A stretch of DNA of 61,423 nucleotides, the filler included, from Jimgerdemannia flammicorona (lineage: Eukaryota): the NCBI GenBank assembly GCA_003990765.1. It is 3 parts of 3 records of this genome, joined end to end, with 100 filler letters (N's around TTAATTAATTAA, not from the genome) between each part and the next. Parts side by side here need not be neighbours in the genome. Positions count along the whole stretch, not along the records: positions 41,022 to 61,423 come from RBNJ01001692.1; 2 more parts are not named here. One strand, written 5' to 3'. The notes under the pieces are model-generated. The model saw nothing but the letters and a program-made list of their open reading frames with translations. It had not been told where the DNA came from and did no database searches. Positions 59,647 through 61,423 of this stretch are shown here, piece after piece (position 1 is the stretch's first letter; each line of letters starts with the position of its first letter). Made by a program: the position numbers and the translations under genes.

Positions 59647-61189
59647 TGTAACAGTGACCCCAGAATGATGACATCAGTACAGGAGACAGCCTTTCCTTAT
59701 AAGCTACCAGATCAGAGTATAAGAAGATCATACAGCATACGAGATGAGCAATGATGACCAACTATGAGTCATTGTGACCACAGTACAAGCATCCTGAAGA
59801 ATATAAAAGAAGGATTAAGGAACTGCAATAGCAGTAACCAATAAGACTCACCAATCCCAAAATAGCTCAAAGACTTACCATAAATGAAATGCCTGCTACC
59901 TGCCAAACCTCAAGGTCAAGGAACCACCAAGGCATCTTAGTTGAAGAAAGAATATTCCAAGACATCAGAAGAGCCATGAGGACTCACTTAAGAAGGACTC
60001 CTAGTGTCAACCTGGGTACTGCAGACCCTTATCACTTTATCCTCTACTGCTGTGAAATGGAAACAAGGATCACCATTGCTACTAAATGCCTCCAAATATG
60101 GCAGGAGTACAAAATAGGAAACCTCCTCTACCAGGAGTTCCCACAGGCCAGCCCTCAAGAGCTACAAGATGCCACTTCTATAGATATATATGAGGCAAGA
60201 ATGGCTAAGAAGATCCATCAGATCTTTAGGCATATACATACCATGGTCAATCCCCAACTTAGAGTATGTTAGAGTCTCAGACTTCAGAGACCTGTCATCC
60301 TGTCATATCAATGCACTAGAAGTCAGGGTGGCTATAGAAGCCCAGTCCACTATCACTCTCAATAGTGATGAAGTAGAAGACTTCTGGCACTCCATTCTTC
60401 AGGACAACCCAGACCAATTCCTATAAGGATTGATCTCAGTATTCCAAGGCTCAAGCATCCAGATTAGACATCCCCAAGACCCCACATTTGTCCCTTATTT
60501 TATAGAAGAGAACCTCATAGACTAGAGAGCTCCAGATCTTGTTCCCGATTTCCCCACCAAATGTGATGACATTATTGGCAATAACATCATCCTGTATGAC
60601 ATTGATATACACGAAGCACATGAATCACATGATGATGAATTTGCAGATCTCATCTCCTTCAGTGATGATGATGATGATGATGAAGCCTCCATGATCCTGA
60701 ACTTTCTGCTCTAAGTTCTTTGTTACACTGAATAATGCCAGCACCAGTATTTTGATGTAACACTGAATAATGCCAGCACTGGCATTCTGAGGTAATGTGA
60801 AATCATTCCAGCACTGGTATTCTGATGTGACACTGAATTATATCAGCATCCTGAACCTGTACAACCATCAGTGCCAACTCTGAAACTTAGTAGTTTTAGT
60901 TATTGGAATTTATATTTAGCTTTATATCTTAGCAACCATTGAATTATATTTTGTATAAATATTCCTCTTATTTCCTCTAAAATAAAGTCAGTCAAGTTCA
61001 CTTATACACACTTCCTTGCAAGCCATCTAAGAGATAACAAGACAGTTAAAGATAAGAAGTTTGAGGACTATAAGACCTTAGGAAGGCACTCTAATAAGAA
61101 CTTGCTTATAATAAACTTGAGTTAGTCTAAGAGATACACCTTGAAGAGAATCTGGTGTATTTGAAGGACTAAGTGACCACTACATGACA
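59647..61189 (+). repeat. 3' LTR of element C (contains accessory ORF copy 59889-60714 with a small frameshifting duplication near 60235)
   Basis: Direct repeat of the 5' LTR. ORF-track fragments 59889-60272 and 60190-60426 are two frames of the same ORF. Confidence 0.95.
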
Positions 61190-61423
61190 CTATATATATG
61201 TGATCAAGAATATCAAATATATTGTGATGATATCTTTGAAACCAATAACATTAGAATTTAGAAGACTGCCTTGACCTCATAAGCCACCAACTTCAAATTA
61301 TAACTTAACTGTAACTTATCTTGATTATAAGATGATCTGCAACTAAACTCATAATGACTCATGATGAGCCTAGTGGTATTCCACTATTAGTCAGATGACT
61401 CTACTCTCTGAACTAAAGAAGAA

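Larger units (their letters stand above)
54587..61189 (+). mobile_element. Ty3/Gypsy element C with ~1.54-kb ORF-containing LTRs; gag-PR-IN, no RT/RNase H
   Basis: LTRs 54587-56122 and 59647-61189 (TGTAAC...TGACA), PBS TGG at 56126, PPT AGGAGGAAGA at 59637-59646. Confidence 0.93.

Overview
This is a eukaryotic, almost certainly fungal, window. The TKL kinase, the F-box/ankyrin gene and the LINE ORF1 types suggest an early-diverging Mucoromycota-like genome (inference only). Most of it is nested, decayed, CpG-depleted retrotransposons around one CpG-rich gene island (~41.0-49.4 kb). The island holds a partial TKL kinase, an F-box/ankyrin gene, a small Myb/SANT protein and a promethin/LDAF1-like gene. 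Ty3/Gypsy elements: a complete chromovirus with dUTPase (A, 3517-12702, CCCAT TSD); a decayed second dUTPase-bearing element (B); two copies of a family with ~1.5-kb LTRs (C complete but lacking RT/RNase H, C' truncated); a decayed element D; and a remnant E. LINEs: three long and several short copies of an L1/Tx1-like element, and a head-to-tail pair of poly(A)-less APE-RT LINEs ending on telomere-like CCTAA/CCCTAC repeats. Main discovery: A, C, D and E all carry a homologous accessory ORF of unknown function (~270 aa in A and C). It lies 3' of pol in A and D (with its own TATA in A) and wholly inside the LTR in C. Coordinates for decayed elements are approximate, all alignments were done by eye, and two assembly gaps hide sequence.
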